Part shown: positions 19,088-28,848 of the stretch, one piece after another
Layout of the letters: each line of letters starts with the position of its first letter
How positions within the stretch are numbered: position 1 is the first letter of the stretch
Source of the DNA: an uncultured Chthonomonadaceae bacterium
GTDB taxonomy: Bacteria; Armatimonadota; Chthonomonadetes; Chthonomonadales; Chthonomonadaceae
DNA: 64,000 nt
Assembly: GCA_963817895.1 (NCBI GenBank)
Contig: CAWFQB010000001.1
Coordinates: forward strand, 544,001-608,000
Reading direction: 5' to 3'
Program-made: the position numbers and the translations under genes
The notes under the pieces: model-generated
The model's input: the letters and a program-made list of their open reading frames with translations, nothing else
The model's database searches: none
Told to the model about the DNA's origin: nothing

Positions 19088-21037
19088 ATGAAAAACCAAA
19101 CGTATGCTTCCTGCGCTTTCCTATTTGTGTTGCTGTTGGCGGCTTCCCCGCTGTCGGCGCGCGACAAAACCGCCACCGCGAAACCGAACGCGAAAACCAC
19201 AGCCGCCACCGCAGCCGTATTTGCGCCGGACGTGATTAAGGGTGAAATCGGCTATCTGGCTTCCGATGAACTGCGCGGGCGCGGCAGCGGGGAACCGGGC
19301 AACGACAAGGCCGCGCAGTACGTGGCGCAGGAATTTGCCCGCTGCGGCCTGAAACCGCTCGGAACCGGCAAGCAGCGCGACCCGAAAGCGCCCATAGACG
19401 GCAGTGGCTACTTCCAGCCCTTCTCCTTTGTGGCGGGGCGCGTGGTCGGCAGCAACAATCGCCTGGTGTCGCGTTCCACAACCAAAGGCAGCCGCCCCCT
19501 CCCACCTTTCAAAGCCAATCAGGATTACGAGCCGTCGAGCGTTTCCGCGTCGGGCAGCGTGGAGGGCAAAATCGTGTTTGTCGGCTATGGTATCCACGCG
19601 CCCAAAGTGAAGCATGACGATTACGCGGGTATCAGCGTCAAAGACAGCGTTGTGCTGCTGTTGGCAGGCAGCCCCAAAGATGATCCGCACAGCCCCCTTG
19701 CCGATTACGCGGAAATCTACCCCAAAGCTATCGCCGCCCGCGATCTGGGCGCGAAAGCCGTGCTGGTAATCATGCCCGACGCGCCCAAATCGCAGCCGCC
19801 CGCGCGAACCGGCTTCGACAACGTTTCCGATGCGGGGATTCCCGTCCTGCGTCTGCGCCACAACGCCGCCGCCGCCCTGATGGACAATAGCGGCAGGGGC
19901 CTTGACGCCTTGCAGCAGGCCGCTAATGGGGGCGAACACGTTTCCGAGACATTGGATCAAATCGCGCAGGTGCAGGTGGACGTGAAGAAAGTGGAAAAAA
20001 TCACGGCCAACGTCATCGGCATGATTGAAGGCAGCGACCCCGTCTTGAAAAACGAGTATGTCATTATCGGCGCGCACGTAGACCATTTAGGCATGGGCGG
20101 CGCAGGTTCTCTCGCCAAATCAAGCGCGCCCGCCATTCATCACGGCGCGGACGACAACGCCAGCGGCGCGGCAGGCGTCATGGAGTTAGCCAAATTCTTC
20201 GGAAGGATGAAGGATGAAGGCGGAAGGATGAAAGCACCCGCTTCCGGCGTACAAACTTCATCCTTCATCCCTCATCCTTCATCCTTGCTCAAGCGCAGCA
20301 TTATTCTGATGTGTTTTAGCGGCGAGGAACTGGGATTGCTCGGCTCGGACTGGTATGCAAAGCATCCAATTGTACCCTTAGCCAAAACCGTCGCCATGCT
20401 GAACATGGACATGATCGGGCGATTGCGCGATAACAAATTGACGATTATCGGCAGCGGCACGGCCAAAGAGTGGGACCGCCTGCTCGACGACGCGAACAAG
20501 AGCGCGGGATTCGCGTTGGGCAAAAGCGAAAGCGGGTTCGGCGCGAGCGATCAGCAGTCGTTTTACACCAAGAACGTGCCGGTGCTGTTCTTCTTTACGG
20601 GAACCCACTCGCAGTACCACACGCCGGAAGATACGGTTGACCTTATCAACAGCGAGGGCGAAGCGAAAGTGCTGAAGCTGGTAGCCGATTGCGCCACCCG
20701 CATTGCCGACAATCCCGCCCGCCCAACGTTCCAGCGCATCAATCTGCCGACTGCGCCCTCAAGCGGCCTGCGCGTGTACTTTGGCAGTGTGCCGGATTAC
20801 GCCGCCAATGTGGTAGGCGTCCAGCTTAACGGCGTCCGCGAAGGCAGCCCGGCGGAAAAAGCGGGACTGAAGGCGGGCGACATCATCGTGAAGTTCAATG
20901 GCCGCGTGATTAAGAACGTGTACGATTACACATACGCGCTGCAAGACTGCAAGCCCAACGACATGGTGCAGATCGAAGTGAAGCGCGGCGACGCGATGCT
21001 GAAACTCAACGTGGTTCTTGCCGCCCGCCCGGAATAG
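19088..21037 (+). CDS. Secreted M28 family metallopeptidase with PA and PDZ domains
   Basis: Signal peptide; LASDELRGRGSG; IGAHVDHLG; GADDNASG; SGEELGLLGS; NMDMIGR; SDQ; YHTPED; C-terminal PDZ (SPAEKAGLKAGDII). Confidence 0.93.
   Translation: MKNQTYASCAFLFVLLLAASPLSARDKTATAKPNAKTTAATAAVFAPDVIKGEIGYLASDELRGRGSGEPGNDKAAQYVAQEFARCGLKPLGTGKQRDPKAPIDGSGYFQPFSFVAGRVVGSNNRLVSRSTTKGSRPLPPFKANQDYEPSSVSASGSVEGKIVFVGYGIHAPKVKHDDYAGISVKDSVVLLLAGSPKDDPHSPLADYAEIYPKAIAARDLGAKAVLVIMPDAPKSQPPARTGFDNVSDAGIPVLRLRHNAAAALMDNSGRGLDALQQAANGGEHVSETLDQIAQVQVDVKKVEKITANVIGMIEGSDPVLKNEYVIIGAHVDHLGMGGAGSLAKSSAPAIHHGADDNASGAAGVMELAKFFGRMKDEGGRMKAPASGVQTSSFIPHPSSLLKRSIILMCFSGEELGLLGSDWYAKHPIVPLAKTVAMLNMDMIGRLRDNKLTIIGSGTAKEWDRLLDDANKSAGFALGKSESGFGASDQQSFYTKNVPVLFFFTGTHSQYHTPEDTVDLINSEGEAKVLKLVADCATRIADNPARPTFQRINLPTAPSSGLRVYFGSVPDYAANVVGVQLNGVREGSPAEKAGLKAGDIIVKFNGRVIKNVYDYTYALQDCKPNDMVQIEVKRGDAMLKLNVVLAARPE
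20201..20285. repeat. Palindromic (GATGAAG)n ... (TTCATCC)n element inserted in frame in the M28 peptidase gene
   Basis: ggaaggatgaaggatgaaggcggaaggatgaa ... ttcatccttcatccctcatccttcatcc, translated as GRMKDEGGRMK...SSFIPHPSSL. Confidence 0.88.
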
Positions 21038-21054
21038 TTTCATGGAGGCAAACC

Positions 21055-21597
21055 ATGCGACGCCAGCCCAATGTAAAAAGGCGCGTTGTGACCAAGAAAG
21101 CTTACGCGAGAAAGTTAGGCGCGAAAACCACAATAGCTTTGACGGGCGTTTTCATTTTTGCATGCGGTATCATCGGTGTTATCCTGAGTCTTCTGGTTGC
21201 CTGCGTTGCGCTGACTCACCTTAGCGCGGAAACCCTGCTGATGCTGACCATATTCCTTGGACTTGGCGCCGGTTCCGTGTATCTGCTCTACATCGGCAGG
21301 CGCACGGTGAAGGAAGCTGGAGAGATAAATACGGGTATTCCGCTCACGCGCGCCAATATCGGAGATTTGCCGGTACGAGAAAGCCTTGTTCGCGCTTCCA
21401 GCGAACCGGTTCAGGAGCAGCAGGATGTGCTGTTACGCGCCGCGACAAATACGGATAAAACGCCAGCGGAACAGTTGGTACGCGCCTATCAGGAGCCTGT
21501 TCAGGAGGAGCAAACGGCGTTTATTCCAACGGCTCAACCCGTTCTGACGGCTACTGCGGTTGCCGAAGCAGAACTTGTCCAACAAAGGGCAAGGTAA
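21055..21597 (+). CDS. Two-TM membrane protein with C-terminal triple L(L/V)RA motif tail
   Basis: Two hydrophobic segments; ESLVRAS...VLLRAA...EQLVRA; RBS GGAGG. Confidence 0.75.
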   Translation: MRRQPNVKRRVVTKKAYARKLGAKTTIALTGVFIFACGIIGVILSLLVACVALTHLSAETLLMLTIFLGLGAGSVYLLYIGRRTVKEAGEINTGIPLTRANIGDLPVRESLVRASSEPVQEQQDVLLRAATNTDKTPAEQLVRAYQEPVQEEQTAFIPTAQPVLTATAVAEAELVQQRAR

Positions 21598-21683
21598 TAC
21601 CGTTCCAATAAAACTCCGTAGGGACACAACATGTTGTGTCCGCAATTGGTAACAGTTCGTGCCTGCAAGGGCAAGGTGGGGCT

Positions 21684-22019
21684 ATGGGTTCGTGGAAAGC
21701 GTTCGGGCAGCTTGTAGCGCTGCTCACAGTTGCCGCGCTGCTGGAAGTGGGCGGCGATGCGGGGATGCGGGCGGGACTGCAAGGCCGGCGCGTCGGCTTT
21801 GTCGCGGGAATAATCCTGCTTGTCAGTTACGGCCTGATCGTCAACCTTGCCAATCTGGATTTCGGCAGGCTGATGGGCATTTACATCAGCCTGTTCTTCA
21901 TCGTTTCCCAACTCATTGCCGCGCTGGTGTTCAAGGAGAAGCTTCAGCCTGCCGTTCTGGTTGGCGGCGCGCTGATTGTGGCGGGTGGCTGCGTCCTCAC
22001 TTTCTGGCGGCAAACGTGA
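21684..22019 (+). CDS. Small 4-TM SMR/YnfA-like membrane protein
   Basis: AALLEVGGDA...FGRLMGIYISLFF...GGALIVAGG. Confidence 0.75.
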   Translation: MGSWKAFGQLVALLTVAALLEVGGDAGMRAGLQGRRVGFVAGIILLVSYGLIVNLANLDFGRLMGIYISLFFIVSQLIAALVFKEKLQPAVLVGGALIVAGGCVLTFWRQT

Positions 22020-22073
22020 AAAGAAGACGGAATATGGAATACGGGAATATAGGAAGCCTGATAACCTGATAAC

Positions 22074-22688
22074 CTAATGACCTAACTCCGGTACATGGGG
22101 ATCATCGGGGGAGGCGGAACCGATGTTGCAGAGTTGATGCAGCGCTTCCGCGAACAGTTCGTAAAGCGACTCGAGCTGGTTTACGTCTGTAACCACGCCG
22201 GGAGTTTGAAAGTACAGTTCATCCACGCCCTGCGGAAATCGCGCGCCGAACCAGCCCTCATCATCTTTCACTTCCAGATACACGGATGGCTGGCCCGCAA
22301 TCAGTTCGCGCAGGCGCGTGTCGGCAAACAGGGCGCGTACCTTCGCTTCTTCCGTGCCTTTGATGATGTACTGCGCGTCAAAGGCCGGGTTACCAATCTC
22401 CACATCCTGCATACCCAAAAACTTCCCCACTCCGCTGAATACCGTATGGGTATAGATACAGAACCGAAATCCGCGTGGATTGACAAAAGGCGCGCGAATA
22501 CGGGTATACGTGACTGTTGCCCTGCCGACAGGTTCCCGGCGCGTATCCAGCGTCACAGTCCAGCCGTCCACATGCGCCTCGATGTAGTCTTCATGCAGCA
22601 AATCCCCGGTCACGAATTTTGCGCCGAGTTTGTCGGAAAGCTGCTTCCATACATCCGCTTTGCTGTTCTTAAATCCCTGCCTCCACAT
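22074..22688 (-). CDS. Conserved hypothetical protein (DUF3137-like)
   Basis: YTRIRAPFVN...GKFLGMQDVEIGNPAFDAQYIIKG. Confidence 0.7.
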   Translation of the reverse strand: MWRQGFKNSKADVWKQLSDKLGAKFVTGDLLHEDYIEAHVDGWTVTLDTRREPVGRATVTYTRIRAPFVNPRGFRFCIYTHTVFSGVGKFLGMQDVEIGNPAFDAQYIIKGTEEAKVRALFADTRLRELIAGQPSVYLEVKDDEGWFGARFPQGVDELYFQTPGVVTDVNQLESLYELFAEALHQLCNIGSASPDDPHVPELGH

Positions 22689-22728
22689 AACGCTCTCTTT
22701 CGGGCATACAGAAAATCAATTGCTGCTT

Positions 22729-23523
22729 TCAGGCGGTTGTCAGGCCGTTTGGATTCGTTGCCGCGTATTTGGAGGGCGGCACGTCCAGGCTGAAAAATTC
22801 CAATACATCGTCAAGCCGGTGCGACTCGTCGGTGCAAAGCTGCGTTTCGCGGAACTGCCGTTGCTGCGCGTTCGCGACCGCCTGACGGATTTTATCAATC
22901 TCGGCTTCCAGTTCGGCGATTTTCTGCGTGGACAGGGTTGTATACTCCTGCGTTGTCTGCGTCAGGTGTTCCGTATAGGCGGCAAGCGCGGCCAGTTTGC
23001 GCGAAGCGTCCGCCACAATGCTTTCGGGGGACGCGCCAATCGCTTTGCCCATCGCGTTGACGGACACCTGCATCATCTGGCGTTTGGTTTGCAGCGGCAA
23101 TTCGGCGGGGAGTTCGCCGAACATGTCCAGAACCTGCTCTGCCGAAAACGGGGCGGCAGGCAGATTCGCCGCCTGATAAATGCTCTTGAAATCCAGTGTG
23201 CCGCTGAGATGCGCGTCCGGGTGAACAGCATGGGACGTGACCTGAATTTGGTCTAAATTCGGCCCATGCTCGTCACGAACGATTTGCTCGACGGTTTTGG
23301 AAGATGCGGGCGCGGCGAACGGCACGGCGGTTTGCGCGGTTTGTGTCGCCTGTGTCGCCTGCCCGGTTTGCGGCTTTTGCGAGGCTTTCTCCAACTCCGC
23401 CCACATCTGATCGGTCATGCCGCCGCCCGCGCCGCTTCCCGCATGAGACGCCGTTTCTTCCTGATCCGGCGGCAGTTCCACCAACAGTCCCGCCGCTTTG
23501 CGTAACGTATTGCGAAGGCTCAT
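22729..23523 (-). CDS. Hypothetical coiled-coil protein in the OmpA-ABC operon
   Basis: Long ORF with good codon usage and an amphipathic helical C-terminal half. Confidence 0.75.
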   Translation of the reverse strand: MSLRNTLRKAAGLLVELPPDQEETASHAGSGAGGGMTDQMWAELEKASQKPQTGQATQATQTAQTAVPFAAPASSKTVEQIVRDEHGPNLDQIQVTSHAVHPDAHLSGTLDFKSIYQAANLPAAPFSAEQVLDMFGELPAELPLQTKRQMMQVSVNAMGKAIGASPESIVADASRKLAALAAYTEHLTQTTQEYTTLSTQKIAELEAEIDKIRQAVANAQQRQFRETQLCTDESHRLDDVLEFFSLDVPPSKYAATNPNGLTTA

Positions 23524-23632
23524 AGCAAATAGATCCTTTTATAATGGCTCTCACCCCAACCCCTCTCCCAGGCTTTTTTGGGAGAGGGGCTATTTCTCGC
23601 TTCTAACAACTAGAAGGGGCGGGGGTTGAGGG

Positions 23633-24586
23633 CTATGACGCGAAACGCGCCATCATCTGTTCTACCGAGGCCAGTTCCTGTAGCGAGGAGGCCATGGTGT
23701 CGGTCGCTACCACCACTTCTTCCACATCCGCCAGAATCTGCTCGGGCGAACGGGCGCGGATTTCATCGTTAATCAGCCCGAAGGTATCCTCAACGAGTTG
23801 AAGCTGATGATTGAGATTGACCAGTATTCTGCCGATTTTGCCGACGAACTCATCCCGCCGCTGTAAAATGTCCATGCGCTTTTGCAGAATGGAACGAGTC
23901 GCCTCATCCGTTTCGGCTTCGAGGGATTGGCGCAGTTTTTCGGCTTCCTGACGATAGTGCGCCTGTATTTCTCCCACCACCCGCTGCGTCCACTCGTCCG
24001 GGGACGCGGCGGCGTAGGAGTTGGAAACGGATTTGCGTTTGGCGTTCTGCCCGTCTCGCGCTTCGTCACGGGAATGGGCGCGGGAAGCGTTGCGGTCGCG
24101 CTCAAAGTTCCAATTCGGCTCGTAGGCAGGGACGGCGTTGGCGTGAAGCTCGTTTTGAAGCTGTTCCAGATACGCGCGAAACTGAACTTCCTTACCCGCA
24201 AACAGCAGGAACTTATCCAGCAGGTAATCCAGCTTGCGCAGCACTTCCCGAAACCACGCTTTATCTTCCGCCGATTGCGCGTCAATCTGCGCGCGCGTCG
24301 CTTCCAGATGCGCGAACCGCTCCTGCATATCCGGGCGCAATAGAGTCAGCGTTTGCGCCTTCATCTGCTGCCGCTGCTCCTCGATTTCCGCGTCATAACG
24401 CTGTGACAGCCGCGCCTGATACCACGCGGAATCCGGCACAAACAGCAGATACGCGGCCTCGGCGACAATGGCGGCCAACAGCGGCAGGGGGTTGAGCAGG
24501 GCAGCCGACAACGCCACGGCTCCGGCAAGGCCGACCGCATTGTAGCTCTCCTTCATCGCTTCGACGATACGGTTATGTTTAGGCAT
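23633..24586 (-). CDS. Hypothetical protein with N-terminal TM hairpin and long coiled coil
   Basis: AGAVALSAALLNPLPLLAAIVAEAAYLLFVP followed by heptad-rich helices. Confidence 0.78.
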   Translation of the reverse strand: MPKHNRIVEAMKESYNAVGLAGAVALSAALLNPLPLLAAIVAEAAYLLFVPDSAWYQARLSQRYDAEIEEQRQQMKAQTLTLLRPDMQERFAHLEATRAQIDAQSAEDKAWFREVLRKLDYLLDKFLLFAGKEVQFRAYLEQLQNELHANAVPAYEPNWNFERDRNASRAHSRDEARDGQNAKRKSVSNSYAAASPDEWTQRVVGEIQAHYRQEAEKLRQSLEAETDEATRSILQKRMDILQRRDEFVGKIGRILVNLNHQLQLVEDTFGLINDEIRARSPEQILADVEEVVVATDTMASSLQELASVEQMMARFAS

Positions 24587-24592
24587 GGGAGT

Positions 24593-24683
24593 TGAGATAC
24601 GAGATACGAGATACGAGATACAGGCACAGAGTCAGTTGAACCACTGGCATTTACTCGTATCTCCTATCTTGTATCTCGTATCT
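24593..24683. repeat. Inverted (GAGATAC)n ... (GTATCTC)n arrays between operon genes
   Basis: gagatacgagatacgagatacgagatac and ctcgtatctcctatcttgtatctcgtatct. Confidence 0.88.
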
Positions 24684-25500
24684 ACAAATTGACAAACACC
24701 GTTCGGATTTCGCGCAGCAGTTCTAAGAATTCTGGCGAGTTGGGGCCGTCGTCGCGCCAGGCTACGCCGCGCTCCACGCAGTTGTATACGGCTTGTATAC
24801 GCGCGCCGGGGATGATTTGTCCCTGCGCGTCGCGGTCGCGGCCTAACAGCCACACGGTATCCACGACCGACAGCGCGGCGGCAATATCATGGGTGACGAT
24901 TACAAACGTTTTGAGTTCATCGGTTTGCGCCATATCGCGTATCAGGGCGCAGACGCTCTCCTGCGCCACCAAATCCAGCCCGGAAAACGGCTCGTCCATC
25001 AGCAGCAGATGTTCGCTGCACATAAACTGCTGCGCGATGGCAACGCGCTGCCGCTGCCCGCCCGAAAGCTGAACCGGGTACTTGTTGGCCTGCGCTTCCA
25101 GCCCAAAGCGGGTAAGCAGGGATTGGGCAAGGGCTGTCGCCTGAGCCTGCGGCAGATGCCCCAATTTACCCGCCACGCGCAGGTTCGCCAGTACCGTCCG
25201 ATGTTCAAACAGGGGATAATTTTGCGCGACAACGCCCACCATGCCCCGATGCACCGGCTGGTTTTCGATCACGATAGAGCCGCTGTCCGGCGCTTCCAGC
25301 CCCGCCAGCAGCCGAAACAGGGTTGTTTTGCCCACGCCCGACGGCCCAAGCAGTCCGATGACCTGCCCCTGCGTGTAGCCTTTGCGCAGAATGTCTTTCA
25401 CTTCCAGATCAACATCGCGCAGAATCTGTTCCTGTCCCAGACGTTTGTTGACGCCGGTGACTTTGAGAATTGTTTCTCCATAATCGTATGCTGCGACCAT
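24682..25500 (-). CDS. ABC transporter ATP-binding protein (TauB/SsuB-like)
   Basis: Walker A GPSGVGKTT, signature LSGGQRQR, Walker B LLMDEPFSGLD, VTHD. Confidence 0.95.
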   Translation of the reverse strand: MVAAYDYGETILKVTGVNKRLGQEQILRDVDLEVKDILRKGYTQGQVIGLLGPSGVGKTTLFRLLAGLEAPDSGSIVIENQPVHRGMVGVVAQNYPLFEHRTVLANLRVAGKLGHLPQAQATALAQSLLTRFGLEAQANKYPVQLSGGQRQRVAIAQQFMCSEHLLLMDEPFSGLDLVAQESVCALIRDMAQTDELKTFVIVTHDIAAALSVVDTVWLLGRDRDAQGQIIPGARIQAVYNCVERGVAWRDDGPNSPEFLELLREIRTVFVNL

Positions 25501-25606
25501 ACCTTACCCCAACCCCTCTCCTGACCGCGCTACGCGCTAGGAGAGGGGCTATTTTAGGTTGCCCCTTCCTGCCGTTGTTAATTGCGCCAGAAGTAGAGCT
25601 ATATGT

Positions 25607-26548
25607 TTACTTACGTTCCAGTGTCAGGTCGGCGTAGGGGCAGACGAGTCTTCGCGCCGCGCCGATGGCGTAGTCTTGCAGCAGGCCGACAATCAGAATT
25701 ACGATCTGAATGGCGAACACTTCGGCAAGCAGAAAATGCTTGCTCTGGTTGAGCAGCATGGCTCCGACGCCGCCCTCCGAACGCGAAATGCCCTCCACCA
25801 TCGTCAGCATCATCCAGCCAATCGCCGCGTTCTGGCGCAGCACTTCAAACGCCTTTTCCGCCGTGCCTAAAATCACCACTTCCCAGACCACCTGCCACTC
25901 GCTCATGCGCAGGGTTCGGGCGTAATCGAAATTGCTTTTGGGAATCGCCGCGATGACAGCGGCCATCGAAGTGACATAGAACACGGTTACGGCAAATACG
26001 AGTAGGGACGTTTTCAGCGCGTCGCCGCCGGGAAAGATCAGCATGAACACAAACGTAAACCCGGTCAGGCTCAGAAACCGCCCCTTCGAAACGGCTGCGG
26101 CAAGCGGGCGAAAAACCGGTATCACGGTCAGATACGCCAGTCCGAGCGACAGAACGGAAGACCACGCGAGGGCGCGAACGTTGAGCAGGAAACTTGTCCA
26201 CAGTTCCGGCCCCAATCCCTGCGTAAACCACAGCGAACGCAACGCGGTCAGCACCTCGCCGGGAAGGGGAAGCACCTTGAATGGCGAACGTATCCAGATC
26301 AGGAGCGCAATCGCCGCTTCAACAAGAACAATCAGCCGCATGGTCCCACGCGATACGGCGCGGTTGGGCAGGAAGATATCCATCCATCTGCCCGCAGCGT
26401 GGGGTTTTCGCTCCTGCCCCGGCAGAAGGTCCCCCACTTTCAGCGCGGCGTTTCCATGCGCCCCCGCCACAAGGACGTTACCGGCTGTCGCGTCGGTCGC
26501 CTGTTCCATCGGAGAAATTTCAGGTTCTATCTTGGATGTTTGGTTCAT
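25607..26548 (-). CDS. ABC transporter permease (TauC/SsuC-like)
   Basis: Multiple TM helices; LPLPGEVL; EAA-like region YARTLRMSEWQVVWEVV; GWMMLTMVEG. Confidence 0.88.
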   Translation of the reverse strand: MNQTSKIEPEISPMEQATDATAGNVLVAGAHGNAALKVGDLLPGQERKPHAAGRWMDIFLPNRAVSRGTMRLIVLVEAAIALLIWIRSPFKVLPLPGEVLTALRSLWFTQGLGPELWTSFLLNVRALAWSSVLSLGLAYLTVIPVFRPLAAAVSKGRFLSLTGFTFVFMLIFPGGDALKTSLLVFAVTVFYVTSMAAVIAAIPKSNFDYARTLRMSEWQVVWEVVILGTAEKAFEVLRQNAAIGWMMLTMVEGISRSEGGVGAMLLNQSKHFLLAEVFAIQIVILIVGLLQDYAIGAARRLVCPYADLTLERK

Positions 26549-26581
26549 GGATGGTTGCTGTAAATAGAGACGATATTGGTT

Positions 26582-28384
26582 CTAACTGCCGGCTCCCATA
26601 ATGATTTCCACGCGGCGATTCTGGGCGCGGCCCTGCGGCGTGGCGTTTTCCGATACGGGGTTTTCCGAACCGTGCGCGAAGACCCGAATACGTCCCGACG
26701 GGAAGTTGACCGGGTATTCCTGTTCCAATCGCTTCTTTACGGCAAAAGCGCGGGATTCGGACAGCGCCATGTTCGCCGAAGGCGATCCCTGATTGTCGGT
26801 ATGGCCGTGAATTTCAACCACTGTGCCACTGGCAACCAGCGCATCGCGGCCCAATTGTTCCACCATGCGCTTGGAGTCGGCGGCAAGTGTCGCTTTGCCG
26901 GTATCGAAGTGGATGTTCCAGGCGCGGCGGCTGACCGGAATTTTAACGACACCGGGATTCGGGTATTTCGGTTTTGAGCGGTCAATTGTCGCCATTGTTG
27001 GCGCGGCCTTTTTCACAATATCCTGAAGGTAGGACGTATCCAGAACCTGATTGATGGGCTGATAACTGGGCAATAACTGCGGGTACTGCGCGACGACTAT
27101 ATCGCCGAACACGCGGTAAGTGGCCTCGTACAGGTTTGCCGAACCGCTGACCATTCCGAAGGTGAGCAGCATTTCGGCCAGGTTGCTCGCGCTCGACCCG
27201 CCGAGATCAACCTGCTGCCCGGTTTTATCCGGCTCGGTCACGCCCCGGTAGTAACGCGCCCAGTACGGCGCGTCCGATTCGTGGTAGACAACCGCGCTGA
27301 CGGCTGCGGCTTTTTGCAGGGCGTCGGGATTGGCGCGTACCGCGTCGCCGCCCTCGGCAATCGCCTGTAGCATCCCCTCTACCGTGCCGCGATTCGCCTT
27401 CATCCACTTGTCAATGCCGATGATGATGCACGGCATCTGCGAACTATATTCTTTCGTAGACACGATGGAAACCAGACCGCCCTTTTTTTCGGCCACGTTC
27501 ACGTCGCCCGGTGTCCACGTTACAACTCCATTTACGACGACGTGTTTGGTTTCTCCCGTTCGCTTGCCGTTGTGTACGACCGGGCGATCTTCAGCGTAGC
27601 CCGCAATGTATTTCTGCGCGGCGTCCAGATAGTCTGAAGCGTTCACCCAGTTCATTGCGTCGGGATCATAGGTTTTCTCGTCGGGATTGGTGCGCAGGCC
27701 GTTGTCGCCAAGCCACTTTTGCGCGATGTTCCAGTCGCCGTCGCGCAGGACGCCCGCCACAAACCCGCCCCGGCTGGAGGGGGGATTGGCTTTCCAGACC
27801 GCCGGCCCCATGAACTTGTCTTCGCCATGCGAATAACCGCACGAACCGACCACTTTGGCCTGATAATCCGGCCCGATACGGCGCAGGGTATCATTGAGCG
27901 GCTTCAAAAACGCCGCGCTGCCATCGCCCATGATGGTGACGAAGTGCGCGCCCGTTTGCGGGTTAGCGTTGCCCCGACTCAACTCGGTGGCAAACGCCGT
28001 CAGCGCTTCCTGCAATTTGCCGTTGTCGTCCTGTCGGCTGAATTTGAGGTTGACGCCGTGTTTCGCCATCAGGCTGCCCTGTGTCGCCTGCGGCCCGCCA
28101 TTCGCGAAAAGCAGACCCATCTGCGCGTTCCAGGCATAGCCCTGAAAGCGCACTTCGGGCTTGTCGGGAACACCGGGCGCATCGCCGGGAATCGCCACAG
28201 CGCCGCCCCCGCCGCTATTCGTCGGCTTGGTCGGGTCTATTGGCGGCAGGGGCGCTGGAATTGGTACAACAGGAATTTGTGGTGCCGCGGGTGGGGCAAG
28301 CTTGTTCCAGAACCGCCACAATCCAAACGCCAAACCGACAGCCAGTATCAAAACAACAATTTTTCCGGTCGGCTTCAGCTTCAT
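26582..28384 (-). CDS. Membrane-anchored substrate-binding protein fused to a C-terminal OmpA peptidoglycan-binding domain
   Basis: N-terminal TM; SBP-like core (GYSHGEDKFMG, GDWNI); IHFDTGKA...IHGHTDNQG...LSESRA...NRRVEI. Confidence 0.88.
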   Translation of the reverse strand: MKLKPTGKIVVLILAVGLAFGLWRFWNKLAPPAAPQIPVVPIPAPLPPIDPTKPTNSGGGGAVAIPGDAPGVPDKPEVRFQGYAWNAQMGLLFANGGPQATQGSLMAKHGVNLKFSRQDDNGKLQEALTAFATELSRGNANPQTGAHFVTIMGDGSAAFLKPLNDTLRRIGPDYQAKVVGSCGYSHGEDKFMGPAVWKANPPSSRGGFVAGVLRDGDWNIAQKWLGDNGLRTNPDEKTYDPDAMNWVNASDYLDAAQKYIAGYAEDRPVVHNGKRTGETKHVVVNGVVTWTPGDVNVAEKKGGLVSIVSTKEYSSQMPCIIIGIDKWMKANRGTVEGMLQAIAEGGDAVRANPDALQKAAAVSAVVYHESDAPYWARYYRGVTEPDKTGQQVDLGGSSASNLAEMLLTFGMVSGSANLYEATYRVFGDIVVAQYPQLLPSYQPINQVLDTSYLQDIVKKAAPTMATIDRSKPKYPNPGVVKIPVSRRAWNIHFDTGKATLAADSKRMVEQLGRDALVASGTVVEIHGHTDNQGSPSANMALSESRAFAVKKRLEQEYPVNFPSGRIRVFAHGSENPVSENATPQGRAQNRRVEIIMGAGS

Positions 28385-28848
28385 CGTTTCAGTCTCCTTC
28401 GGGCGATACTATCATTGTAATCGCCGCAACATCGCATCATTGCTTCAGACTGCATTCTGTCGCGAAGAGCAGGCGCAAAGGAACTACTCTGCGCCTGCTG
28501 GCATTGCAAGCCTGTTGATGCAATATTGGACGAAATGCCTCATTAAAGCGTTTCAAAATGGGGACATACTTAACAAAAACAATCCTCTGCCAGCGTTAGT
28601 TCACAACGGCGCATTTGCGTATGCTGCTATCCAATACGGAGGACGGGCGAACAGTCTGATGGCCTACTATATCAGTATGACATATTTTGATAGTTCAGGG
28701 AAAATGATATTATGTGACAGCAAAGTGGGTATAAAAGGCGGCGAAAGTCGTATACTCTGGCATGACACGCGGGCATAGTCCGTTATTCGCCAACGTTTTT
28801 CAACGGCTTCCTGACGCTGCGTGTCGCGCAACATCAAAGGAGATAATT

